Assembly (NCBI GenBank): GCA_964016885.1
Contig: OZ024740.1
Coordinates: 150,908,001-150,972,000 of the forward strand
DNA: 64,000 bases
Direction: 5' to 3'
Origin: Eledone cirrhosa
Taxonomy: Eukaryota
Part shown: positions 14,563 through 28,907 of the stretch, piece by piece
Numbering within the stretch: position 1 is the stretch's first letter
Layout: the number at the start of each line of letters is the position of its first letter
Position numbers and translations under genes: made by a program
The notes under the pieces: model-generated
Database searches by the model: none
Told to the model about the DNA's origin: nothing
Seen by the model: the letters and a program-made list of their open reading frames with translations, nothing else

Positions 14563-15009
14563 AAGTGTAATTGTAGAAATAGACCAGATTGCCCTCTGCA
14601 AAATAACTGTCTTGATAGCAATCTATTATATAAATGCACCGTAAAAGCAAATAACATCACATACAACTATATAGGTGCCACTTCTTCGACATTTAAATCA
14701 AGATTTGCGTATCACAAATGCTCTTTTTCGAATCCTAATAGGAAATCTTCGACTTCTTTATCACAACTCATATGGTCATTAAAAGACAAACACTTAAAAT
14801 ACTCGATTTCTTGGGCGAAGTTATGTAATAGAAGAATTTATTTGAATTCGTCAATATCACCTAACTGAAACCTCTGTACCATAGAGACCCTTTTAATAAT
14901 TACTGATTGTGAAAATATAATTAACAAAAAGAGTGAATTATTCTCAAATTGCCTTCATAAAGCGTTGTCTACATTCCAAGCCTCGCAAAAAGTCAGGACA
15001 AAACACTAA
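14563..15009 (+). pseudogene. GIY-YIG endonuclease C-terminal domain of a Hydra-like PLE (149 codons, one internal TGA)
   Basis: My translation: KCNCRNRPDCPLQNNCLDSNLLYKCTV...YIGATSSTFKSRFAYHKCSF...SLSQLIWSLKD...PN*NLCTIE...INKKSELFSNCLHK. It is homologous to the C-terminus of ORF 40575-42704. Confidence 0.88.
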
Positions 15010-15558
15010 ATAAGCAGGTTCTAATTTTTGACGTCTCTTATAAAACTTTAATAATTCTTATTTTTTATAATTCTTTTATGATATGATTAATGTTAGATTA
15101 AAGGGTCCTGTTTAGGTATATAAACATATTATTGGTTAACATGATCTCTTGAGGAATGTGCATATCTTTTGATTGTTAAGATATATTTAATTTTTGACTG
15201 GGATTCTTGTATATTTTTTTCAATATATGGCTTATATGCTTAACAATTATAATGTACCGTAAATCATTCATGCATTTATGTTTTTGTATATTTATTCATT
15301 TGGAGTATGTTTTACGATTCAGGAAGTTTGATTTATATATTTTATTTATATATATTTACGGTATATACATCACACACCATACTAGTCGACAACTTTTTTC
15401 CACTTAACTTGACGTAAAACTTCAATTATAACATTACTAACAATGATTTTACTAATTATTTATTATATGTATATCGATCACTAATATCTGGAATGCTCTA
15501 TTTATATTTGAACAAATCTGTATATCTAGTATAATAAGATGCTTCTAGTTACATTTAG

Positions 15559-15755
15559 AAGTATTTTAAATACTTTAATAACTTTCTAGTGTTATAATCG
15601 TTAAATATTTTCTAAATATTTTCTAAACTCTCTAAGTTATATAACGATTATTATTGATAAGTACTTTAGATACTTTAATGACTTTCTAGTGTTATAATCG
15701 TTAAATATGTTCTAAATATTTTCTAAATTTTCTAAGTTATATAACGATTATTATT
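15559..15755. repeat. ~100-bp tandem duplication in the PLE 3' region
   Basis: aagta(t/c)ttta(a/g)atactttaat...gttatataacgattattatt occurs twice. Confidence 0.85.
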
Positions 15756-17059
15756 TAATTTAATTTAATTAAATTTGGCTTACCTTCGGGTCAATGAAAT
15801 CCTTAGGCTTTCTCTTTCTCATGTTTACAGACACATTATACCACTATATAAATTTATAAAGAAAATCTAAGATCGCAGACAATTCATTTTTTTATTTTTT
15901 ACTTTGAATCAGATTCTTATCCGTATGATTCAAAAAGTTTGACTTGTATATTTATAGTATATATGTATTACATGACCTTATTATAATAATTGTTCTAAAA
16001 CCTTAATTTTTAACAATATTATCAGTAACTTATTTATTGTATTATATTATGTTATATATAAATGATAGGTATCATCTTAATCTTTAGACAATATAATCTT
16101 TGTTTATATTTAGACAAATGCATATATCTAATTTAATAATAACATTTTTAAAGTTTAATTATAAGGCCTTTTGATGCTTTAAGGCATTCTAATTGTTAAT
16201 CTGAATTTTTTAAAATTATAACTACAATTATTTTATAAATTATTTAATGCGAATTATCTTCAATATAATATAAATAATTAAATATATTATAATAACATTA
16301 TTAAGATTTACCATCGAGAGGATGTAAAATAGCATGTCTTCTCTCTCATGTGTGAAAATAGTTTAAATATGAATTCATAAAATATGATTTTATAAATTAA
16401 ATATGATAGTATACTTTAATATTAATACAGATATTTATAAAACTTTTATAGCCTGAAATATTATACACTTTGATTAATTCATTACTCTGAACTAACTTAA
16501 ATGATTTGAAAGTTAACGGTCAACCGGATACGTTTGGATAGTATATATAACTAATTAACTAAGGAAACTAACCTTTATTGTTTACACCCAGTTGTATTTA
16601 GGATTTAGATTGATGAATATTTCTAGATAATTCAATAATTCAATGATTCTAGTTTACTCTTTCGCATAGCTATGCCCAAATGTATAGCTATGTATTGATA
16701 TATATATAATTCATCCCTCCATATAATTATAATTATTCCTCTTTGTCTCCCTTTCCTTGATCAATTCTCTTCTGCTCTCTATACCTCTTCCAGCTATATT
16801 TTCCCCTCATATGTTTTCTCTCTGTATTTTTTTTCTTTCCTCTTTCTTCAATAATTATTTGAATCTCTAACAGTTATGTAAATTACTGTTATGTATTTTT
16901 AAGCTTTTTACACGCACCCTCTGTATTACATGTACTATATGTAAGTTTTTTCATGTATCAATCTTAAGATATATAAATATTGTGTTTTGTAATATCTTAC
17001 TCACTACCATGACTGGATCTTAACCATCTACTATGTCAGGGTATGTCATGCATCATCTT

Positions 17060-17124
17060 ATTTTATCTGATGAGGACGTACTGTTGGAGTTAGCTCAGTA
17101 CCTCTGAAATATGTATAATAAAAT
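17060..17124 (+). ncRNA. Type-I hammerhead ribozyme
   Basis: attttat-CTGATGA-ggac-GTACTG...CAGTAC-ctct-GAAATATGTATA-ataaaat, with a 7-bp stem I. An inverted copy lies at 14012-14076 and a relative at 39104-39168. Confidence 0.8.
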
Positions 17125-17406
17125 ATACTTGATCACAAGAAGTTCTATTTTTGTTAATATTTTGAATTAATATTAATAACTCTGGAAAACCAAGCTGTTG
17201 AGTGCTTCCAATCTATTGTAAAATTAATTATTTGATTTATTCATTGAACCTTCTTTAACCTTTAAATATAATATATATAATTTTAAGGATATAATTTATG
17301 GTTATGTATATACTAAAACTTTTTATAGTTTTGTTGTATATTTTAAACCCTAAACAGTGAAGGTCAGTAATTTATTGCTACCTTATTACCAGCTTTGATT
17401 CTTGTG

Positions 17407-18588
<1,182 letters not shown>

Positions 18589-18614
18589 TATTATATATAT
18601 ATATATGTTATATA

Positions 18615-18672
<58 letters not shown>

Positions 18673-20128
18673 AAGTTAAATAAAAGTCAAATGATTAAAA
18701 TTTAGCTTCGTTTATTACTGCTATATATATTTCAGTGACAGCCATCTTTGGCTGTGACCTCTTCAGGCAGTTTGAATTAGTATGGTATAGACAAGTACAT
18801 ATGTTGTTTAGGTGTATAATATTGTCAATACTCTGACATGCCCAGTTCCTTGTTGGGTTGTTAATTCACTGAGGAACTGGAGTCATATGAATTCAAACAA
18901 ACGAATTTCAGTGTCAAAGGTCCTCTTCTCCTCTCATTGGTCAGTTATTAGAACATTCCTCATTCTAAGTGTTGTTATTGTTGGAGTTAGCTTAAAAATT
19001 GATAAAATGATAGAAGGGCAATAACAACACCGTAGGAGTGTGAACTCCCCTCAAGCCATAGGGAACAAACCAGGCGGAGCAGACACCATGATAGCCTAGA
19101 TATAGAATCGGACACAGCCATAATAATTTGGCCAACATCTATAACACAAACACTTTTAATTTACTAGATTTCTGATTTTCAAGTTCCAATCTTAAATCTT
19201 GATTTCTCTTTATTAATTTGTTATTTGTTTCTGCCCTCTTCACTGCATCACCTTATATTTATTTTTAAGTTGAGATTGATTATAACACAAACACATTTAG
19301 TTTGAATATCTCATCTTAACATCTTGTCTCATACCAATCTATCCAACATATTCTGACCTTGAGATTGGTTATAGCACACACACACACACTTTATCTTACA
19401 TTATTTCACACTTCTCCATATTCATTTTCATTACTTTTTCACCAATTTTTCATTTATTCTTTATTCTTTATTCTCTATTTATTTATTTATTTTCAAATTA
19501 TACAAATTATATTAATTATTTTATTATATTATTTATTTATTTTCTGTTTTCTTCATTTATTGCCTTATATTTCTTCATATACATGAAAGAACCCCCCACC
19601 CCACCACTACCACTACGATGGTGGCAGGAGGGATGAAGAAAAAACACAAACTGGATACTTCTAAATTGTTAGCAGCAGCAAGATATAAGCTGACCACAAC
19701 ACCAACAACACTACCAAAATAATGGTAGAGGTCAAATGTACTGAACAATAGCAGGCAAAAACACTACAGGGAGCCTCACCCCAGAAAGAATTCTATAGAC
19801 TTCTGACTGAGGAATGCTCTCAGAACTGACCAATGGGAAGTTTGACACTTTTTTTGTTATTTTGTTCCTTTAACACCTTGACCCTTCTACCATTTTATCA
19901 ATTTTTAAGCTAACTCCAACAATAACAACACTTAGAATGAGGAATGTTCTAATAACTGACCAATGAGAGGAGAAGAGGACCTTTGACACTGAAATTCGTT
20001 TGTTTGAATTCACATGACTCCAGTTCCTCAGTGAATTAACAACCCAACAAGGAACTGGGCATATCAGATTATTGACAATATTATACACCTAAACAACATA
20101 TGTACTTGTCTATACCATACTAATTCAA

Positions 20129-20183
20129 ACTGCCTGAAGAGGTCACAGCCAAAGATGGCTGTCACTGAAATATATATAGCAGT
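20129..20183 (+). ncRNA. Type-I hammerhead in pLTR1 (copies at 24261-24315 + and 18717-18771 -)
   Basis: actgc-CTGAAGA-g-GT-c-ACAGCC-aaagat-GGCTGT-c-AC-t-GAAATATATATA-gcagt-aataaa. Confidence 0.9.
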
Positions 20184-20385
20184 AATAAACGAAGCTAAAT
20201 TTTAATCATTTGACTTTTATTTAACTTTATTTTACACTACTCCGGAGTAACCAAACCAACCTGCGCACTTCGTCGAGTGCTCCAGCCTGCATACTGAGGT
20301 GTTGGTATACAACCAACATAAACTCAAAATATATCTAGCTCCCACACGGGTTGAGCGCTTCAAACAGTAGCGGACCTAAGTCACT

Positions 20386-23064
20386 ATGGATAAACTGGCA
20401 ACCTTAGCGTCACTGAAGGACATCCTCCTACCTGATAAACGAGAATACACCAGTGTTCTCATCAAGAGTACGGACTCCCTCATCCGCAGGATGAGATGGA
20501 AGGCGTTCCACTTCGAAAGAGGAACGCAGAAAATTACCAACACACAAAACATGGAGTACCTTTTTCGATCAAGGAGGAATCCCCCCCACAACAGACTAAT
20601 GGAGGAGTTTGAAAACGAGATGATTAACATCATATCCAACCTCAAATTCTCCGGAAACCCAACCAGAAGTCAGGAGTACCTCAGACACCTGAGAAACCGG
20701 ATTACAGTACTTAAAGGGACAACTGGAATACTTGTCCATGCTGACAAACCAAACAACCTCTACAACATGAACACTGAACTGTACAATAAGATAATCCTCA
20801 GGGAACTGAGGAAGTGCTACAAAAAAACACCTGGATTTACCCTGGATGAGATCAATGCCACAGCTTACAGGATTATATCCAGAATCGGCATAGAGGACAG
20901 GACGGCCCGATACCAACCAAGGGAGCCTCGGATTACCCTTAAAGACCACAAGCCAAACTTTGATCCGACCTCCCTGTCAGACTAATAGCCCCCTCCAGAT
21001 CTGACCTAGTAATCGTCAGTAAAAGAATACTGGATAGGATTTTGCCCAAGCTTCGGAAGAAAACCAAATTACAGCAATGGTCATGCACGAGAGAAGTAAT
21101 AGAATGGTTCAAAATACTGCATGAGAAAAGTAGGACCAGCTTTATACAACTGGATATCGCAAGCTACTACTCCTCAATCTCACCCATAGTACTTAATAAG
21201 GCCCTATTTTTAGCGATATCTAATACAGACCTAACCCGAGAGGAAGTGAGCATCATCCACGCCGCAAGTAAGACCTTAATCCGCTTCGATGGAGACCTTT
21301 GAACCAGGAGTGATTGGCCAAATAACTTTGACATCACGATGGGCTCCAGCGACTCAGCGCAGGTAACGGACCTGGTTGGGCTCTACCTGCTGAAGCAGAT
21401 AAAAGATGAAATCCCCTGCCTGGGCGGCGGATTATATCGTGACGATGCTCTATTCACAGTATATGACCACAGCACCAATATGTTGGAGGGTATGAGGAGG
21501 CGTATTCGCCATTTCTTTAAGAACCAGGGGCTCAGCATAGAAATAGACCCAAATAGCAAGGTAGTTAACTTCCTAGACACCACCCTAAACCTGAACATCG
21601 AGCAATACTACCCCTACCACAAGCCCAACGAGAAACTCGTATATGTTAACGCCAAATCAAACCACCCTAGAGATCCATAACCAAGGCAGTGGTGAGGAGT
21701 GTCTCGGACAGATCTCCAGCCTGTCCGCAAGTAAGGAAATATTCAATAACCACGCGGAATATTACAACGCAGCTCTAAAGAAGGCGGCACATGGACAAAA
21801 TATAACACATAGTCAGAAAAGCCGGGAGGTAGATAGCCCAACAGACACCCACAACCGCGTTGCCCGAGGGGGGAGGGCGAACCCTAACAATACAGGCAGA
21901 GCAGAATCAAATAGGCACCATGTACCCGACACCACCACACGGGCGGTGGGGACTAGTGCGCTTGACCACGAGATGGAGCACAATATGAGTAGCAATCCCA
22001 GGCGTGACGCTAACCACCCCAGGACGGACGACCCCAACCGCAGGACACGTGGGGGGAGGGAGGACGAGCGACCACCCCACGATGGATCTCCCGGGGCGGA
22101 CAACGACCACCCCTCAAATTCGGGCCGCGAAGATAACAAAAAGCATAGAGCCCAAAAGGGAAGCAACAGTGCGGAATCCACCAGCAACCCAACAAATCTC
22201 CAACAAATCACGAAGCCCCCGACCCACACATATAGGAGGAGACACCGACAAATCACGTGGTACAACCCACCCTACTCAGCGGCCCTAAAGAAAAGCTTGG
22301 CCCGATTATTCTTTGGAGCACTTGACAAATGCTTCCCGAGGGACCACAGATACCACAGGATCTTCAACAGACACACTGTGAAGCTTTCGTATTCCACCAC
22401 GAGAAATTTGGCCCAACACATAGCTAGCATCAACAGGAGTAGGCTTAAAAACCACACACAACCAGAAGATGGCAATACAAACACTCAGCAGAACCATGTG
22501 AAAGGAGGGAAGGGGGGACCCAGAGCCCACCTAAGAAACCCAAACAGACCCGAGGACCCCCCACCGAGCCTGGGGGAAGACCAACATGTAACACATAACG
22601 GGAACCCTAATCTAGGCACGCAGAGGCCGACCACCCTCTGCAACTGCAGAAACCCCGAATCATGCCCCCTTGGTAATGAATGCCTCAAGAAGAACCTAGT
22701 GTACGGTTGTAAGGTTAAAACCCCCATCTCCGAACACCTCTACATAGTAGCCACATCAACGAACTTTAAGGACCGCTGGTACAACCATCGCCATTAATTC
22801 AAGAAGGAGGCCAAAAGGAAAAGCACAGCTCTCTCCGACCTGATCTGGAAGCTTAAGCTGGACAGGACCCCATACTCTCTGGCCTGGTACATAATCAGGA
22901 AAGTACCACCCGATAAAGGGGGATCTTGCATATGCAAACTATGCCTGAACGAGACCCTCGAGATACTAAGAGGTGGAAGCGGCCTGATAAACCTCAGAAC
23001 CGACTTCTTCAGGACATGCAGACACCTTAGATCCGGGACCTTTCTCAAGATATATGGACAGTAG
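20386..23064 (+). pseudogene. Hydra-like PLE RT + GIY-YIG ORF, disrupted by frameshifts and stops
   Basis: Fragments read IRRMRWKAF, HADKPNNLY, FIQLDIASYYSSI, MGSSDSA, GGLYRDD, VNFLDTTLNL, SNHP, WYNPPY, CNCRNPESCPLGNEC, LVY..LYIVAT..FKDRWYNH and CKLCLNE. Confidence 0.92.
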
Positions 23065-24260
23065 CAACACAAGATGTGAACTCCCCTCAAGCTATGGGGA
23101 CTTCTACAGAACATGAAAACACCTCTCGGCCAGACCTCCCTCAAGCTATATGGGCAATAACAACGCCCTAGGTTGTGAACTCCCCTCAAGCCATAGGGAA
23201 CAACACAGGCGGAGCAGACACCATGATAGCCTAGAGATAGAATCGGACACAGCCATAATAATTTGGCCAACATCTATAACACAAACACTTTTAATTTACT
23301 AGATTTCTGATTTTCAAGTTCCAATCTTAAATCTTGATTTCTCTTTATTAATTTATTTGTTTTCTGCCCTCTTCACTGTATCACCTTATATTTATTTTTA
23401 AGTTGAGATTGATTATAACACAAACACATTTAGTTTGAATATCTCATCTTAACATCTTGTCTCATACCAATCTATCCAACATATTCTGACCTTGAGATTG
23501 GTTATAGCACACACACACACTTTATCTTACATTATTTCACACTTCTCCATATTCATTTTCATTACTTTTTCACCAATTTTTCATTTATTCTTTATTCTTT
23601 ATTCTCTATTTATTTATTTATTTTCAAATTATACAAATTATATTAATTATTTTATTATATTATTTATTTATTTTCTGTTTTCTTCATTTATTGCCTTATA
23701 TTTCTTCATATAGATGGAAGAACCCCCCCCCACCACCACCACCACTACGATGGTGGCAGGAGGGATGAAGAAAAACACAAACTGGATACTTCTAAATTGT
23801 TAGCAGCAGCAAGATATAAGCTGACCACAACACCAACACCACTACCAAAATAATGGTAGAGGTCAAATGTTTCTGAACAATAGCAGGCAAAATCACTACA
23901 GGGAGCCCCACCCCAGAAAGAATTCTATAGATTTCTGACTGAGGTATGCTCTCAGAACTGACCAATGGGAAGTTTGACACTTTTTTTGTTATTTTGTTCC
24001 TTTAACACCTTGACCCTTCTACCATTTTATCAATTTTTAAGCTAACTCCAACAATAACAACACTTAGAATGAGGAATGTTCTAATAACTGACCAATGAGA
24101 GGAGAAGAGGACCTTTGACACTGAAATTCGTTTGTTTGAATTCACATGACTCCAGTTCCTCAGTGAATTAACAACCCAACAAGGAACTGGGCATATCAGA
24201 GTATTGACAATATTATACACCTAAACAACATATGTACTTGTCTATACCACACTAATTCGG

Positions 24261-24315
24261 ACTGCCTGAAGAGGTCACAGCCAAAGATGGCTGTCACTGA
24301 AATATATATAGCAGT
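24261..24315 (+). ncRNA. Type-I hammerhead in pLTR2
   Basis: Same sequence as 20129-20183. Confidence 0.9.
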
Positions 24316-24459
24316 AATAAACGAAGCTAAATTTTAATCATTTGACTTTTATTTAACTTTATTTTACACTACTCCGGAGTAACCAAACCAACCTGCGCAC
24401 TTCGTCGAGTGCTCCAGCCTGCATACTGAGGTGTTGGTATACAACCAACATAAACTCAA

Positions 24460-24564
<105 letters not shown>

Positions 24565-24704
24565 TATAATATATATATATATACATACATATATATATAT
24601 ATATATCACCGTTAATAGTGAAAGCGGCGATTCTTTGCTTAAACTTTAATATGTTATTTTAATAAATAAATAAATATATATATATATATATTATATATAC
24701 ATAT

Positions 24705-24740
<36 letters not shown>

Positions 24741-24801
24741 TACACATCATATATATATAATATATATATGTGTGTATGTGTTTGTGTGTGTGTTTGTGTG
24801 C

Positions 24802-24911
<110 letters not shown>

Positions 24912-25629
24912 CATATATGTATGCACATAATGTGCAGAAACAGCAGCATCAACAGCGCATAGTGACATATTACAGCCTGGAGACTTTCTAATTACAATAA
25001 AACACATTTCTCTACTATGTCATGCAATATATTGTTACCTCTTGCGATATTTCAACTTCACAAACGTGGCAAGCCTGCTAAATGTTTTTGAAACTTCACA
25101 ATATTTGCTGAACTTAATTCTTTTGTATTTACACTGTTTGATTTTAAAAAGCAATTTTAATCTGCTGCACTCGTTGAGTATCATTTCTGTTGTGGTTTGC
25201 ACTGTCAAAGGCATGGTTGATCTGTCTATCATCAGTGAAATTATTCTCGGTGGTGAACATAGCTTGGTCAAAGTATTATGTAAGTTTCCAGGCTTACTCC
25301 CCACTGCATGGAATCTTAGGTGTCATTTATCATAGGCCCGGATCGATCCTTTCCTTGTAGGTGAAATTCAGTAGAAGAATGAAACTGTTGCGAAGCTTGT
25401 GTGATAGAGCGTACCTGTAAATCAAACGGCTTGGCTTGACACATACAATGTCACGCTGAATAACTCAGAGAATTATTTAAGGGGTTGCGTGTTTGTGGAA
25501 TGCTCAGACTTACACGTTAAGTACATGAGTAGATAACGGACGACAAAATTTCCGCCGCTGATTTCAACAGCGGCTGCCTGCAAGACAGTACTACTGGCTG
25601 ACCACCAACTTCCCCACTGTCACCGCAGC

Positions 25630-26400
25630 CACTACGGACCTATGAAGTTGCTTGGAATCTGGATCAGACCAGACCTCCAAGTAGTTAAGAAATAGGACGA
25701 GGCAACGAGCAGTGTGGCCATTCTCACCCAGAAATAGGCCGGGAGAAAGCTATCCCAGACATTTCGGGTGGAGTTTTGCCCCGTCATGCACCTAAACAAA
25801 TTGGAGCGCCTGCTCTTCAATTTCTTGTGAAAGGGATCAGATTCTATTGGTAAGGTGGTGCATCTGCTTGCAGCATCCTATACACGGAAGACTAGACATA
25901 CCGTGGCTAATAATGTGCAAAGATGCGCTATGGCTACGGCATCTTCAGATATTCTTAAACGGTGAACAGGTTTGGTCGTCGTATTTGACCCAGCTGCCGT
26001 CCTGGGACAAAAGCAGACTGAGACTGGGCGCCTGGTATCTGGAATGTGGCCAGGTGCTCAATTCCCCCTACCAGACGGACAATGTGTTCAGCGGAAATTC
26101 CACTCTCGAGCTCTATAGAAGATTATTGGTGGACAAGTGCTACGACACTCTGGGAGATGTTCTGGTCGTCGACGAAATCGAACTGATAAGTCTGTTCCGG
26201 AGGACTTCACTTCCAGAAATCCTTCGCTTGGTGGTGCTACTGTGGGAGCACTGACTGTTCGAGATAAACTCTACAGATATGGAAGTGCGGTGAGATGGAC
26301 CTATCTAAGATGCGCGCAGAGCTGCGAAACCCTTCTGCATGCACTCGTCCAGTGTCTGTGCATTAATGACTTGTAGAGTTAAGTCGTTATAAAGGTTTTA
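25630..26400 (+). pseudogene. Degraded L1/Tx1-type non-LTR retrotransposon ORF2, C-terminal half
   Basis: GPMKLLGIWIRPDLQ..K*...K*AGRKLS; LFNFL*KG; VRWCICLQHPIHGRLDIP (GGLGxP-like); and the C-terminal LTVRDKL...RCAQSCETLLHALVQC (zf-RVT-like). Confidence 0.7.
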
Positions 26401-27021
26401 GAGGTGTACATCATCGAATGTTGCCGGTTTCGGATAATCTCTTCGGACGGATTGCTACAAGCCAGTACTGTTTTTATTCTTTCGGTGTTCAATCAATACC
26501 GTTTCATTAAAGACTAACCCTGGAATTAATGAAATAATCCAGGTACAATTGGACAACAGAAGCAACAACAATCGCAATATAATCATAATATCGCCAACAG
26601 ATACATTGAAAGGAATATCTATCATTCTTATATAATATAGATGGCAAATGTATGTGTTAATGTATTTTCAGGAACAACACACCGCATTGAACCACGATGT
26701 TCTAAACTTTCTCCTATTAAATGTTTTCATGGAAAGTGTTTAGATGATATATTTCATCTAACGAAAAATATTCAGAAATATCTAGAATATTCTTTCATCT
26801 AAACACAAATTATTTCTGATTTCCACAATGATGAAAACCACATTTATATTTTGCTAGCGCTGATGATGTAGGTGGAAATTGTTATTGTTTGTAGTTGTTG
26901 TGTACCGTTGTTTATTTGATTTGCATATTTGATCTAAACTAGATCACTATCAAGAAGGTTCTTCGTTCAGAATGTTATGGTGCAACATGTGAAGAGTGGA
27001 GACCTTATCTAGCTAGTTTAA

Positions 27022-27081
<60 letters not shown>

Positions 27082-28560
27082 TGAGAGGAAGGAGTGCGGC
27101 TGAAGGAATGCGTGTAAGTGTAAGTGTAGTGTGAACGAGTGAAAGAGTGAGGAAAAGGTGAATTGCATCAAGGAGTGACATTCATCTGGAATTCATTATC
27201 TTTAGATTTCATATTCGTTGTTGGAGATTTATGGAGGATTATGACATACAAACGTGGCGAAACATGTGTGAATGTACAACACACAGACACACCCATGCAC
27301 ACGCAACACACACACACACGCACACACACACACACATATATATATATGAGTTGAAGTGAGTCTAGGTATATGATTATATACCTAGTAGAACTAAGATAAT
27401 TGGTGGGTATATGGAGGCATATAGGATCTGTTTATTTACAATAAACAGAGTGCCGCTATGAATGTTTTAAGCTGGGATCCTGTCACAGATATCTCAGTAC
27501 GGCAAGTATTCCAGATCGGTGTTTATGGCTTTTTAACAAAGCTTTTAGCGCATTCTTGTCTAGGTACGGAGTAGGTAAATGTCAACGATGACTGGTAGAA
27601 TTCAAATACAAAGTTAAAGTCATTGTATACGTAACCACAGTGTGTTGGATCGCCGTCAGCTCCGACGACGTGTGTTCCAGTCGCCCGAACAGAACTACAT
27701 ACTTGTGAAATTAACGTGCAAATAGATGAGCATACCAAACACATTTGTTTCCTTAACGTAATTTTCAGGATGATTCAACGTGACTCGGTGTGTGGCAAGG
27801 CTGCCCATTTGAGTTTCAATTACAATACACTATTGCCAGCTATGTGAAATAAAGTGTCTCTCCCCAAAACAACCATCTGTCGAGAATGTAACTCAAGTTC
27901 TAATGGCAGTGCAGCAAACACCCTAAACGCTAAGCCATGCAGCTTCACACGAAAGCACAGAAGAAAAAAAAATAACATAACAAAATCATTTATCAGCTGT
28001 ATGTCTATCTTGTTCATATTCCAATACCACCGTACCTACCCAGACCAAAATAAAAGAAACGCAACTTTAATTTCCAAATTTATTAAGGACTTGAAAACAT
28101 AAAACAAAACAATATAATCATTTGCTAAATCATGCAAGTAAAAATATTGAGTGCAGAGCTAAGAGATTTGAAGATCTATTTGCCAAAACATTTCTACTTA
28201 GCCTACTCTTAGAAACTATGTTTTCCTGTCCACACAGATTATTTAAACCTGATCGACATTTTAAATCCCATATATAACCCATTATGTAAAGCCACAGAGT
28301 ATATAGTCAGACAAATCGTTTAAACAACAATACCATTTAAACCTGCGCAAATACTTAAACATAATAACCGACTATTTCAATTGCATCCGTAATAGTAAAC
28401 ACGTTAACAGTTTGTGTCTCCTTGAATTTCTCTCGCTCTCTCCAACACTCTCGCTATGTACACACACACACATACAAACACACACATACAAATACACACA
28501 TACAACCCCCCTCCCATATATATATATATATATATATACATATATAATATATAATACACA

Positions 28561-28592
<32 letters not shown>

Positions 28593-28848
28593 CGTATATA
28601 TATATATATATAAACTGAACAGCAAAACCATACAGGAAGAAAACATTTTCTGGGTGCTCGTGTTAAGCTCTACTTGACTCATCATGTATACACATATACA
28701 CTTGCATTGCATTTTAAACACCATTGAGAGTACTTATACAGTGTTTATATATGCACTTCCTTCTGTGTATACATACCTTCCTAATGTGTCCCCATATGTA
28801 TGCAGTACGTTTATGTATGCACTTTCATGTGTTAGAGTTTCTGCATGT

Positions 28849-28907
<59 letters not shown>

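Larger units (their letters stand above)
13968..17167 (+). mobile_element. 5'-truncated Hydra-like PLE with ~590-bp inverted arms (fold-back)
   Basis: Arms 13975-14560 and 16565-17165 are reverse complements. The GIY-YIG remnant starts right after the left arm. There are hammerheads at 14012-14076 (-) and 17060-17124 (+). Confidence 0.85.

Noticed and set aside
15130-15182. Possible SECIS (ATGA…AA…TGA) downstream of the TGA-containing endonuclease
   Set aside because: The upper helix pairs poorly by eye and needs SECISearch to evaluate.
25035-25335. Overlapping ~90-aa ORFs on both strands
   Set aside because: They have no recognisable motifs or clear splice signals.
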